Positions 35,137 through 44,832 are shown, counted from the stretch's first letter. The stretch: 64,000 nt of DNA from an uncultured Candidatus Saccharibacteria bacterium (GCA_964648335.1 CAZYLZ010000007.1:1034-65033), one strand, 5' to 3'. A program made the numbers and translations. The notes: generated by a model not told the origin, from the letters alone.

Positions 35137-36279
35137 ATGAGCTCAACCGATTCGTTTACCGAAGTCGCGCGCGCCATCCGAAGTGCGCGAACCTTCGCCA
35201 ACGTCTTCGGGTCACTTGGCCCAGGAGACGCCATCACCAGACGCTCCGGCCTGCGAAAGCAGTTCGGCTACCTGGCAAAGATGGTGCATCCTGACCTTGT
35301 CGCCACGAAGCATCGTACCGACGCGGCAGAGGTGTTCAAGCTCTTGAACACCTTGCGGCATGCGGCCGAAGAAGCCATTCAGCAAAATACCTACGATGCG
35401 CCCTTCGGATCGACAATCTCGTTCGCCGAGTCGGAAGACGGCGGCGAACTAGTATCGCCCGCAGGCACGTACCGGCTCAAGGTTGAGCCGCTGTGCCAGG
35501 GCGACTTCTCGGTCTTGTATCGCGGCACCAAGCAGGGCGCAAAGCCCGAGCTGGTGCTCGCCAAGGTCGCGAGCGATCCAACGTCCAATGCATGGCTCGA
35601 GAAGGAGGCGGCGCTCTTGCGTACCATCGCAGGAGCAAAGCCAGATTCTGCCATCGCGGGCATCCGTCGATTCTTGCCGCAGATCAAGGACACATTCCTG
35701 TTCGTCGGCGAGAAGAACACACGCTACCGAACGACGATTTCCGTCTGGGTTCCCGACATGGTCTCGATAACCGACATCATGAAGGCGTATCCTGCGGGGC
35801 TCGACCCGTCCGAGGCGTGGCCGCTGCGACGCATCATTGCGCAGACGCTCGCAGCTTCGATGCTCGGCGTCGTACACGGCGCTATCGTTCCCGACCACGT
35901 GCTCGTCGATCCCTTCAAGCACGAACCCCTCCATATCGGTTGGGCACATGCGGTAAAGAAGGGCGAGAAGATCACGCAGATTATCGATCGCTGGCGCGAC
36001 TGCTATCCGCCCGAGGTCTTTGCTAAGAAGGCTGTCGATCATCGCACCGACATCTACATGGCGGGCGCGACGATTGTAAAGCTTCTGGGCGGCTCCGTGG
36101 AGCGCAAGTCGCTTCCGGCAGCTGTGCCAAAAGAACTGGCAACGCTCGTGTTGCGTTGTCTCGAAGATTCCCCGAAGAGTCGTCCGCAAGACGGCTTGGA
36201 ACTCCTGAACGAATTCACTCGCGTCATCAGGAAGATATGGGGGAGGAACTATCGGGTACTTACCATACCCAATAGTTGA
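35137..36279 (+). CDS. J-domain protein fused to a protein-kinase-like (predicted pseudokinase) domain
   Basis: N-terminal J domain LRKQFGYLAKMVHPDLV...EVFKLLNTLRHAAEEAI, with HPD. Kinase fold: Gly-loop region QGDFSVLYRG, LVLAKV (beta3 Lys), HGAIVPDHVLVD in place of HRDLKPxN, IGW in place of DFG, YPPEVF (APE-like) and DIYMAGATIVKLLGG. Confidence 0.65.
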   Translation: MSSTDSFTEVARAIRSARTFANVFGSLGPGDAITRRSGLRKQFGYLAKMVHPDLVATKHRTDAAEVFKLLNTLRHAAEEAIQQNTYDAPFGSTISFAESEDGGELVSPAGTYRLKVEPLCQGDFSVLYRGTKQGAKPELVLAKVASDPTSNAWLEKEAALLRTIAGAKPDSAIAGIRRFLPQIKDTFLFVGEKNTRYRTTISVWVPDMVSITDIMKAYPAGLDPSEAWPLRRIIAQTLAASMLGVVHGAIVPDHVLVDPFKHEPLHIGWAHAVKKGEKITQIIDRWRDCYPPEVFAKKAVDHRTDIYMAGATIVKLLGGSVERKSLPAAVPKELATLVLRCLEDSPKSRPQDGLELLNEFTRVIRKIWGRNYRVLTIPNS

Positions 36280-36317
36280 TATCAGCGAGAAATCGAAACC
36301 TAGAAAAGGAGAACACC

Positions 36318-37328
36318 ATGGGTGGTGGATCTTGGGATACCAAATCGTATGTTTCGTCTGCATCGTCGCGTCGCTCGGCCGGCATTGCCGACTTCGATTA
36401 CGACGCGAAGGTGAAGTCAGGTGCCGCAAGCGGAGTGCACGCGAGTCTCGATCCTAAGAAGGTCGCAGGTTCGACCAGTCCACTTGCCGGCAAGAACGTG
36501 CGCGAAAGCCGCGACGGTCCGGATCATCCGGAATCGCTGCCAATCGCGTTCTTCTTCGACGTCACCGGATCTATGGGCGAGATTCCCATCATGCTCCAGA
36601 AGAAGGTTGCTACCTTGATGGACGTGATTCTCGCCAAGGCCGGGGTCAAGGACCCGCAGATCCTGGTGGGTGCCATCGGCGACTCTACCTGCGATCGATA
36701 TCCGTTCCAGGTGGGCCAATTCGAGTCGGACAACCGATTCGAGGAAGCTCTCCGTTCGATCATCATCGAACGCGGCGGCGGCGGACAGAACATGGAGTCG
36801 TATGCGCTCGCATATCGCTTCATGGCCTATCACACAGCTACCGACGCCTGGGAGAAGCGAGGTAAGAAGGGCTATCTCTTCACCATGGGTGACGAGATGC
36901 CATGGCCGACCGTGACGTCTCGCGACGTGTACAAGCTCTTCGGAGTGGAAGCCGCGAAAGATGAGACGGTCGAAGAGCTGCTTGCCAAAGTTCGTGAAAA
37001 GTGGGAGGTATTCCACCTGTTCTCGAAGGATGGCAGCTACGCCAACGACACAAAGGTCCACGATCGGTGGCGCACACTTCTCGGCGAGCGCTTCGTGATG
37101 GTCGAGGACTCGTCCCTGGTCTGCGAGATCATTGCCGGCCTCGTCCACATGCTCGAGACTGCAGCCGACGTCGACACTGTCGTCGCCGACATCGGGGTCA
37201 AGGGTGCCGCCGGAGCGGCCGTGAAAAACGCGCTCGTGCCGGTGGCGCGCTCGGTAGTGCCGTCGCATGTCGCCAAAGGCACGCTCGCTCACAAGAAGGG
37301 AAAGACTCCGGGCGTAAGCAGGATCTGA
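36318..37328 (+). CDS. von Willebrand factor A (vWA) domain protein, TerY-like
   Basis: RBS AAAAGGAG upstream. MIDAS-like IAFFFDVTGSMGEIP at the start of the domain. Confidence 0.65.
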   Translation: MGGGSWDTKSYVSSASSRRSAGIADFDYDAKVKSGAASGVHASLDPKKVAGSTSPLAGKNVRESRDGPDHPESLPIAFFFDVTGSMGEIPIMLQKKVATLMDVILAKAGVKDPQILVGAIGDSTCDRYPFQVGQFESDNRFEEALRSIIIERGGGGQNMESYALAYRFMAYHTATDAWEKRGKKGYLFTMGDEMPWPTVTSRDVYKLFGVEAAKDETVEELLAKVREKWEVFHLFSKDGSYANDTKVHDRWRTLLGERFVMVEDSSLVCEIIAGLVHMLETAADVDTVVADIGVKGAAGAAVKNALVPVARSVVPSHVAKGTLAHKKGKTPGVSRI

Positions 37329-37420
37329 TGATCATGCACGCGTAACCGGATCACAACAGACCGAGCGAGCGCGATGCTCGCTCGGTTTTCTTTTTGCTCA
37401 AATGACAATGGAGAGAACAA

Positions 37421-38761
37421 ATGGAACTCGAAAAGAAGGCGACTATCGTCGCCGATCTAGGATTCGGCGACGCTGGCAAGGGTACAATCGTTGACTATCT
37501 CGCTCGCACAAGCGCGGTCGCAGCAGTCGTTCGCTTTAACGGAGGGGGTCAGGCGGCGCACAACGTGGTGTTGCCCGATGGGCGTCATCACACCTTCTCG
37601 CAGTTTGGTGCCGGCTCGTTTGTGAGCGGCGTCAAGACGCACCTGTCGCGGTACGTGCTCGTCGATCTACCTGCCCTCATGACCGAGGCGCGGCATCTGG
37701 CTGGGCTCGGCGTTACTGATGCCTTGGCACGTCTCACTATTGACGGCGATGCTGTCTTGGTGACGCCGATGCACAAGGCGGCAAACCGGATTCGCGAAAC
37801 GCTTCGCGGTTCTGGCAAGCACGGAAGCTGTGGCATGGGCATCGGGGAGACCATGGCAGACACTATCGCGTTCCCACATCGCACGATACGGATGCGCGAT
37901 GTCCGTACGCCCGAAGTGCTCGTCGAAAAACTGCGTTTCTTCCAGAAGCTCAAGCTCGACGAGTTCGGCCCGATGCTGAGTGCGGGCGCTCTTGATGCAT
38001 CGCTTGCCGAGGAGATAAAGCTCCTGACGGCACACGATACTCCCAATGCGTGCGCGCTTACGTTTTGGCAGATTGGCATGCGATTGCGCATAGTCGACAC
38101 GCCATACCTCGCACGACTCGCGAGAGAAGGTTCACTCGTGTTCGAAGGTGCGCAGGGCGTACTTTTGGACGAGTGGCACGGCCTCCATCCGTTTACGACT
38201 TGGAGCACTACCACGCCCGCTAATGCGCGGATACTCCTCGCAGAGATCGGGTATCGCGACCAAGTAGAGACTATCGGCGTGGTGCGAACGTACCAAACTC
38301 GCCACGGTGCAGGGCCTCTGCCCACTGAAGAGAAGGGTATGAGTTCGCTCATGCCCGATCTGCATAACGGCACCGGTCGCTGGCAAGACGACTTCCGTGT
38401 CGGTTGGCTCGATGCAGTGCTCACACGCTACGCGATCGAGGTGAGCGATGGTGTCGATAGTATCGCACTCACGCATCTCGATCGGATTCCTGCAAAGCCG
38501 CAGATCGCGTGCACGTACGCAGATGCGGACGGGTCGCCGATCATGCTGCGCAAAAAGGCGATGCTCACAGACCTGCGTGAACAAGAGGCGCTCACGCGGC
38601 TTGTCGCTCGCGCACATCCGCAGTACCGCTCGGTACCGACGAACGACCGTGGGTTTATCGCGGCTGTCGAGCGAGAGCTCGGCGTTCACGTATCGATCGC
38701 GTCATACGGCCATACATGGCTTGCCAAGCGGAAGCTTAGTCGGCTTGCGCGATGTGCCTAA
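37421..38761 (+). CDS. Adenylosuccinate synthetase-family protein (divergent PurA homolog)
   Basis: GDAGKGTIVDYL (vs canonical GDEGKGKIVD), VVRFNGGGQAAHNVV (vs GGHNAGH), GMGIG, FEGAQGVLLDEWHG, QTRHGAGPLPTE, GTGRWQDDFRVGWLD. The order and spacing follow PurA. Confidence 0.75.
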   Translation: MELEKKATIVADLGFGDAGKGTIVDYLARTSAVAAVVRFNGGGQAAHNVVLPDGRHHTFSQFGAGSFVSGVKTHLSRYVLVDLPALMTEARHLAGLGVTDALARLTIDGDAVLVTPMHKAANRIRETLRGSGKHGSCGMGIGETMADTIAFPHRTIRMRDVRTPEVLVEKLRFFQKLKLDEFGPMLSAGALDASLAEEIKLLTAHDTPNACALTFWQIGMRLRIVDTPYLARLAREGSLVFEGAQGVLLDEWHGLHPFTTWSTTTPANARILLAEIGYRDQVETIGVVRTYQTRHGAGPLPTEEKGMSSLMPDLHNGTGRWQDDFRVGWLDAVLTRYAIEVSDGVDSIALTHLDRIPAKPQIACTYADADGSPIMLRKKAMLTDLREQEALTRLVARAHPQYRSVPTNDRGFIAAVERELGVHVSIASYGHTWLAKRKLSRLARCA

Positions 38762-38872
38762 CCAACTTCGGACCCCGTATTGCCTGATGGCTGTGCGGGG
38801 TCTTTTTTATACCGCTTTTCGTCCTTCATCTGCCTGTTGTGGTGCCGACAGGCTGTTTGCTATACTCATATC

Positions 38873-39388
38873 ATGAATAAAAATCTCATTCCGGTAATTG
38901 TCGGTGGGCTCCTGCTCGCATTCGTCGCATTTGGCGTATGGTACTCGGTAGGCCGCTTGGCTGTAACGAACATCGGAGAGAACACACAGACTGTATTGAG
39001 CGTGGTGACTACCTTTGGACAGCAGATGGAAAAAGTACCGCTGTTGGCGAGTAAGGAAGAACTGACCTCTGCGATGCAGGAGGCATACGGGCCGTACGTT
39101 GACGTCGCACTTATCTCTAAATGGCTCGATGTGCCCGCGAGTGCACCGGGACGTAAGACTTCAAGTCCGTGGCCGGCACGCATAGACGTATCCGATGTCG
39201 TCCCGAACGATGACGGCTCATATACTGTAAAAGGCAATGTCGTCGAAGTCACGAGCGCAGAAGCCACCAACCAGGATGCAACGATGTATCCGGTATCGCT
39301 TACGCTTATACAGCGAAACGACAAGTGGATCATAACGACGTTCGACATGGTTGAGCCAGCGCCGGCAACGTCGACACAGACACGATAA
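38873..39388 (+). CDS. Membrane-anchored hypothetical protein (171 aa)
   Basis: The N-terminal TM is LIPVIVGGLLLAFVAFGVWYS. Confidence 0.45.
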   Translation: MNKNLIPVIVGGLLLAFVAFGVWYSVGRLAVTNIGENTQTVLSVVTTFGQQMEKVPLLASKEELTSAMQEAYGPYVDVALISKWLDVPASAPGRKTSSPWPARIDVSDVVPNDDGSYTVKGNVVEVTSAEATNQDATMYPVSLTLIQRNDKWIITTFDMVEPAPATSTQTR

Positions 39389-39437
39389 TCGGGGGGATAT
39401 CGAGGAGAGCGTATGTGCGGGGAACGTTCGACACGTC

Positions 39438-40592
39438 ATGAACAAACAAAACCTATACCTCGTCATCGCGCTCGTCTTCATAGTGGGTGGTATCTCTCTC
39501 ATTAATGCACAAAAAGTAGAACGGGGAAGCGCTGTCGCCCAGGATATTCTTATAGATGATAGGGTGCGCACTACCGCGGAAAACGACGTTTCCACAACCG
39601 ATTCAGATACGGCGAACAATCCGCTGATACAAGGTCGTAGCGCACGTGTCCAACAGAAAGAGAAGACCTACGAACGAGCGAAGGAGATCACCACCCCCGA
39701 CGGATTCGTGAACACAAAGCCGTTCGCCTTGAAGGACATCATAGGGGACAAGGTGGTGCTCATCGATTTCTGGACATACTCGTGCATCAACTGTCAGCGC
39801 ACCTTCCCCTATCTGCGGGCCTGGTATGCGAAGTATAAGGACGACGGACTCGTCATCGTCGGGATCCACACTCCCGAGTTCGCCTTTGAACGCGAACTTT
39901 CTAATGTGAAGAGTGCGTCGGCCAAGTTCGGTCTCGAGTACCCGATTGTGCTCGATAACGACTACTCCACCTGGGGCGCCTACAAGAACCAGTATTGGCC
40001 GCGCGAATACCTTATCGACGCCGACGGCTTCATCGTGCACGACCACATCGGCGAGGGCGGATATGCCGAGACAGAAAAGGCGATTGTGGCGGCGCTAAAC
40101 GAGCGCAAGCGTCTGCGCAAAGAGAAAGAACTTGCATACGTGCCGACGGCGCCTGTGGACGCCATCGCACCATCTAACGGCGTCTCGCCCGAGACCTACT
40201 TTGGATTTGGCCGAAGAGACGACACACAGATTGCGAATAAAGGTGCTCCGACATGCGACGGTAGTACCTGTGACTTCGTCGCCAAGGATTCGCTCGAAAA
40301 GAATCAGTACGCACTTGGAGGTTCGTGGCAGACCGATCAGGACTCGATAGAGTCAAAATCGGCAAGCACCATAACTTTCAAGGCGCATACCAAGATGATG
40401 TATCTCGTGGCACAGGCGAAATCGGGGACACTACCGGTGCGTGTATATGTCGACGGCACCTTGACCAAGACGCTCTCCGTGAAGGATTCTACGCTCTACG
40501 ACATCGCGGCATTCTCCGGCGTGGAAGACCATTTGATAGAGCTTAAGGCCGATAAGCCGGGCCTTATCGTATTCACGTTTACGTTCGGCTAA
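39438..40592 (+). CDS. TlpA/ResA-like thiol-disulfide oxidoreductase (thioredoxin fold, CxxC) with a C-terminal extension
   Basis: Membrane anchor followed by KVVLIDFWTYSCINCQRTFPYL. It lies adjacent to ccdA. Confidence 0.75.
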   Translation: MNKQNLYLVIALVFIVGGISLINAQKVERGSAVAQDILIDDRVRTTAENDVSTTDSDTANNPLIQGRSARVQQKEKTYERAKEITTPDGFVNTKPFALKDIIGDKVVLIDFWTYSCINCQRTFPYLRAWYAKYKDDGLVIVGIHTPEFAFERELSNVKSASAKFGLEYPIVLDNDYSTWGAYKNQYWPREYLIDADGFIVHDHIGEGGYAETEKAIVAALNERKRLRKEKELAYVPTAPVDAIAPSNGVSPETYFGFGRRDDTQIANKGAPTCDGSTCDFVAKDSLEKNQYALGGSWQTDQDSIESKSASTITFKAHTKMMYLVAQAKSGTLPVRVYVDGTLTKTLSVKDSTLYDIAAFSGVEDHLIELKADKPGLIVFTFTFG

Positions 40593-40601
40593 CACCTCGT
40601 T

Positions 40602-41306
40602 ATGGACTCATCACTCACTCTTTGGTTCACTTTTGTCGCTGGCATCGTCTCGTTTCTTTCGCCGTGCGTGCTGCCGCTCATTCCCGGGTTCTTGTCGTAT
40701 CTCGCTGGGACGAGCGGAGGACAGCCGTCGCGCGGGCGCATCTTCGTTAACACAGTCTTCTTCGTAATCGGCTTTGCGGTCGTCTTCTCGCTCATCGGCG
40801 TGCTTCTCAATTCGCTGTTGGCGCCGTTTGCCGAGAGTGCGAAAATCTGGCTCGGGTATGTGGGCGGCGCCATCATAATCTTCTTCGGCCTCGTGTTGTC
40901 GGGTCTCTTGCATGTGAAGTTTCTCGAGAAGGAGCACAAGCTCTCGGTCCAGAAGACCCGCTCCGAATTCCTGACATCGTTTCTCTTCGGCGCAGCATTC
41001 GCTGCCGGGTGGTCGCCGTGCGTGGGCGCAGTCCTAGGCGCAGTACTCACGCTTGCCGCATCGAATCCGGGACAGTCATTCATACTCTTGCTCTCGTACA
41101 CCATGGGACTTGGCGTGCCATTTCTTGTCGTCGGGCTCTTTACCGACCGCGCCGACAGGCTCATACAGCGGTACGCAGGGGCTCTTGTCTGGATCAATCG
41201 TATCTTCGGGGTGTTTCTCATCCTCATCGGCATGCTCATATTTACGGGGCAGCTATCGCTTTTGGCGAACCTTTCGATACTCAACAGTATCCTGCTCGCG
41301 CGGTAG
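40602..41306 (+). CDS. ccdA: Cytochrome c-type biogenesis protein CcdA (DsbD-like transmembrane thiol-disulfide reductase)
   Basis: FVAGIVSFLSPCVLPLIPGF and a second Cys in GWSPCVG. Six TM helices. Confidence 0.8.
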   Translation: MDSSLTLWFTFVAGIVSFLSPCVLPLIPGFLSYLAGTSGGQPSRGRIFVNTVFFVIGFAVVFSLIGVLLNSLLAPFAESAKIWLGYVGGAIIIFFGLVLSGLLHVKFLEKEHKLSVQKTRSEFLTSFLFGAAFAAGWSPCVGAVLGAVLTLAASNPGQSFILLLSYTMGLGVPFLVVGLFTDRADRLIQRYAGALVWINRIFGVFLILIGMLIFTGQLSLLANLSILNSILLAR

Positions 41307-41338
41307 TTCACCCAGTGTGGCAGTGGTACAATGGCTGC

Positions 41339-41665
41339 ATGACCTTCATGCATTGGATAGCTTCGACGCTCGCGATACTCATCGCGGCGTACATAATTCC
41401 GGGTGTCGACGTGACCTTGGTCGGTGCGGTCGTGTTGGCCGTCGTTCTCGGCATCATTAACCTCTTCATAAAGCCGATACTCACGATACTTACACTGCCG
41501 CTTACCATCGTGACCTTGGGTCTCTTCTCGCTCGTGCTTAATGCTGGCCTCATCATGCTGGCGGCTTACGTGGTCCCGGGGTTCATCGTCACCGGTTTCT
41601 TGCCGGCCTTGCTGTTCTCGATTGTCCTATCTCTCATAAATGCGCTTTTCACCCGGCTTGTGTAG
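41339..41665 (+). CDS. Small membrane protein, phage-holin-4-like (DUF360)
   Basis: 108 aa with three TM helices (IPGVDVTLVGAVVLAVVLGIINLFIKPIL...). Confidence 0.45.
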   Translation: MTFMHWIASTLAILIAAYIIPGVDVTLVGAVVLAVVLGIINLFIKPILTILTLPLTIVTLGLFSLVLNAGLIMLAAYVVPGFIVTGFLPALLFSIVLSLINALFTRLV

Positions 41666-41676
41666 TCGGATTTGTT

Positions 41677-42300
41677 ATGCCGAGCGACACGTCAGGGATG
41701 GTGGTGGTGGACATGCTCTCGAATCTTTCGTACGTCGGCGTGTTCTTCGCCGTTATGACGGCTGGCTACATCATTCCGATCCCAGAGGAGATATTCTTGC
41801 TTTCGGTCGGTTACCTCGGTGCAATCGGCGTAATCAATCCGTTCGTGGGGCTCATGGTATCCATCGCGGCGCTTCTTGTGGGCGACAGCATAGTCTTTGC
41901 ACTCGCTCGGCACGGCTTTCCGTACGCGGCGCGCATGTACACACGCCTCCTCAAGACACACCTGGGCCGCAAGTTCAAGATGCGCTCGGAAGACCATCTT
42001 TCGCAGTCGGTATTCATGCTGCGGTTCATCCCGGGACTACGCTTCTTGTCGCCGCTTATGGCGGCCATGCACAAGGTCTCATTCGTGCGCTTCTTTTTCA
42101 TCGATCTTCTGGCCATTACCGCATACAGTGCCATCTACATCCTCGTAGGCTATCATCTGAGCGATTCGTTCTTGCGCATCATGGTGCGCGTCGAAGAGAT
42201 GCGTCACGTTATATTCTCGGGTATCCTGTTCATCGTCGCGATCATAATCATCTCGTGGGCGTACAAGGTAGCCATGCATCTTGAAGAAGAGGCGTCCTGA
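41677..42300 (+). CDS. DedA/SNARE-associated family membrane protein
   Basis: YVGVFFAVMTAGYIIPIPEEIFLLSVGYLG...LLVGDSIVFALARHG. Confidence 0.7.
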   Translation: MPSDTSGMVVVDMLSNLSYVGVFFAVMTAGYIIPIPEEIFLLSVGYLGAIGVINPFVGLMVSIAALLVGDSIVFALARHGFPYAARMYTRLLKTHLGRKFKMRSEDHLSQSVFMLRFIPGLRFLSPLMAAMHKVSFVRFFFIDLLAITAYSAIYILVGYHLSDSFLRIMVRVEEMRHVIFSGILFIVAIIIISWAYKVAMHLEEEAS

Positions 42301-42339
42301 GTAACTTGTATCTTGCGGTATTTACCGTAAGGTAGCTCC

Positions 42340-42762
42340 ATGACGAACGAAGCATTCGAGCTCCTCGTAGAAGAAGAATTTCCCAAGGCAATCCCACCTG
42401 CGTATCGCGAGCGCATCAAGAATGTCGCTTTTCTAATAGACGACGAGCCTTCGGCAGAGGTTAGAAAGCGCGAGGCATTGGGCCCTGACGAGACATTGCT
42501 GGGCTACTACCAAGGCATTCCTGCTACCGAGCGCGGAGACATGTACGGCGTCGGGATGGTGCTGCCAGACACGATTACGCTCTACCGCCTTCCTATTCTT
42601 GACGCCGCAGAAGACGATGGAGGAGGCGAGGAGGCTCTACGCAAAGTGATCCGCGAGACGATCTGGCACGAGGTCGGCCACTACTTTGGGCTCGACGAGC
42701 ACGAGGTGCAGCATCGCGAGCGCATCCGTGACTCGCGCAGCGCTGGACCGTCGAATGACTGA
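42340..42762 (+). CDS. Zincin-like metallopeptidase-family protein (DUF1025-type, HExxH)
   Basis: TIWHEVGHYFGLDEHEV. Confidence 0.55.
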   Translation: MTNEAFELLVEEEFPKAIPPAYRERIKNVAFLIDDEPSAEVRKREALGPDETLLGYYQGIPATERGDMYGVGMVLPDTITLYRLPILDAAEDDGGGEEALRKVIRETIWHEVGHYFGLDEHEVQHRERIRDSRSAGPSND

Positions 42763-42774
42763 TATCATACGCCT

Positions 42775-43431
42775 ATGATCAAAGCGGCACTCTTCGATTT
42801 TGACGGAACGATCGTCGATTCGCTCGGGAACCTGCACGGTGTCTGGAAGAAGACGCTCACCAAGCATGGACTCGATCTTTCTGACGAAGAGATTGTAAAC
42901 AACGTGTATTACGCAAGCCGCGAAGAGCGTGCAGAACGCTACGGCGTAGACGCCGACGCCCTCGCCGCTTCGTACTACGAAATCATGGCAACGAGCTACC
43001 GCGAGTACCAGGCGCACGAACACGTACGCAAAACATTTGAAGACTTGCAGGGAAGGGGCGTACGGTTGGCTGTTGTCACCTCGGCACGTGCAGCGATTGT
43101 CAAAGAAGTGCTCGAAAAGCTAGAGCTCATAGGGCATTTCGAGATTGTCTTGGGAGCCGACGACGTTACGCACAAAAAACCCGACCCCGAGATAGTTCAT
43201 CTGGCAATGAAGCGCCTCGGTGTCATGCCCGACGAGACCGTCATCATCGGCGATTCCGAGGCAGACGTGCTTGCAGGAAAGCGAGCCGGTATCGCGACAG
43301 TTCTCTTTGAGCCGGTGCACAACAGAACGTACGCAAACATAGAGCGCGCAGCGGCGCATGGTCCCGATATCCGCATTGCGCACTTCTCGGAGCTTGTTCC
43401 TGCGTTGATCGCATGCGCCCTTCTCGGGTAA
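42775..43431 (+). CDS. HAD-superfamily hydrolase (subfamily IA, phosphatase)
   Basis: Motif I ALFDFDGTIVDS, then VVTSARAA and the K..GDSEADVLAGKRAG motifs. Confidence 0.8.
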   Translation: MIKAALFDFDGTIVDSLGNLHGVWKKTLTKHGLDLSDEEIVNNVYYASREERAERYGVDADALAASYYEIMATSYREYQAHEHVRKTFEDLQGRGVRLAVVTSARAAIVKEVLEKLELIGHFEIVLGADDVTHKKPDPEIVHLAMKRLGVMPDETVIIGDSEADVLAGKRAGIATVLFEPVHNRTYANIERAAAHGPDIRIAHFSELVPALIACALLG

Positions 43432-43476
43432 CTTGCGCCGATGCACAGCCCCGACAGTAGGGTGTAGAATAGGTGC

Positions 43477-44199
43477 ATGATGAACGACAAACAGCTGGTA
43501 TGGGCGGCAGGAGTATTAGGAGTAGCGGTTTTTTTGAGTGCGCTCGTGGTCACGAGCACTTTGTACAAGATTCGATCGCTCGACAACACGTTTAGTGTCA
43601 CTGGCTCTGCCAAGCAAAGCGTAAAAGCAGATCACGCAAAGCTTACTGTCCAGGTAACCCGCTCTGCCTTCGAGGGCAGCGTGCCCGAGATGTATGCGAA
43701 AGTCGAGGCAGATGCCAAGATCGTCGCTGCATACTTCGAGAAAGCCGGCATCGAGAAAGAGCGCATCATCCGCGGTACCGTGTTTGTTGATCAGGAGTAT
43801 TCGAACGACGCCAACGCGCCGCGCCGCTATACGCTCCGCGAAGGAATCACGATTGATTCGGGCGACGTGCAAAAGATCGACGCAGTCGCGCACTCTATGG
43901 GGTCGCTTGTGAACCAGGGCATTACGCTCAATCCGAGTCAGCCTGAATACTTTATCTCAAACCTGCCAGAGTTGCGCGTGTCGCTCTTAGGAGAGGCGCT
44001 CAAGGATGCGCGAGCGCGTGCAACCGAGATAGCCAAGAGCGCCAATACTAAAGTAGGTGCGCTCAAATCCGCCGCCAGCGGCGTGGTGCAAGTATCGGCG
44101 CCTAACTCGATCGACGTTTCCGATTACGGCAACTACGACACCTCATCGATGGACAAAGATGTGATGGTGACCGTCCGTGCGACCTTCTTGGTGCAGTGA
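43477..44199 (+). CDS. SIMPL-domain (DUF541) protein with an N-terminal membrane anchor
   Basis: FSVTGSAKQSVKADHAKLTVQVTRSA ... C-terminal VMVTVRATFLVQ. This is the SIMPL/Omp28-type pattern. Confidence 0.6.
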   Translation: MMNDKQLVWAAGVLGVAVFLSALVVTSTLYKIRSLDNTFSVTGSAKQSVKADHAKLTVQVTRSAFEGSVPEMYAKVEADAKIVAAYFEKAGIEKERIIRGTVFVDQEYSNDANAPRRYTLREGITIDSGDVQKIDAVAHSMGSLVNQGITLNPSQPEYFISNLPELRVSLLGEALKDARARATEIAKSANTKVGALKSAASGVVQVSAPNSIDVSDYGNYDTSSMDKDVMVTVRATFLVQ

Positions 44200-44213
44200 T
44201 GTACACTTTATTA

Positions 44214-44244
44214 AAATCCCGCGATCATCACGATCGCGGGATTG
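44214..44244. terminator. Hairpin aatcccgcgatc-atca-cgatcgcgggatt; bidirectional
   Basis: Perfect 13-bp stem between convergent genes. Confidence 0.65.
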
Positions 44245-44247
44245 GTA

Positions 44248-44718
44248 TCAGCCGAGCTGAAAGAGCTTGCGAATGACAATCGCGGGCTGCTTCACTCTGG
44301 CGATATTCTCTGCCAGGTACGCTCGCGCCGGACGTGCTTTGCTGCCGGGTGCGAATATGCGCTCGCCCTGCGTGGTCACATGCGGGTTGTAGCCCGCTCC
44401 GACATAATCGGGCTCGGTGTAGACGGCGCCAAAGTACTTGAGAGCGGCCAAGATGTCAAAGTGTAACCTCCGGAGGGCGCGATTGGGTACGATGGTATGA
44501 ACTGGAATCGTGCAATCGCGTCCAAAGAGTGCTGGCGCTTTTGATACAAGTTCGATCGGGGGAGATTCGCCGAATAGCGGAGTAGTCCGCAGGATGATGC
44601 GCTCGGGCTCGATAGAAGAATAGAACCAGTGCACGAGCGTGCAATGAAGCGGCAGATGGACGTACAATCCGTTGGCTTCGAGCGGATCAATTTCGAGGCC
44701 GAATACATACGAATGCAT
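44248..44718 (-). CDS. 2H-phosphoesterase superfamily protein (LigT / 2'-5' RNA ligase-like)
   Basis: Two HxT/S motifs: LHCTLV and HVTTQG. Confidence 0.6.
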   Translation of the reverse strand: MHSYVFGLEIDPLEANGLYVHLPLHCTLVHWFYSSIEPERIILRTTPLFGESPPIELVSKAPALFGRDCTIPVHTIVPNRALRRLHFDILAALKYFGAVYTEPDYVGAGYNPHVTTQGERIFAPGSKARPARAYLAENIARVKQPAIVIRKLFQLG

Positions 44719-44832
44719 GGGTAGGCTCCTTGTTGCTTCCTGTTTTCGAACATACCGCATGTGTCGACGCGGCGCAAACCGAAGCAGTGCTCAAAAAATC
44801 CCGCAGGCGATGAGCCTGCGGGATCTGTCGCG

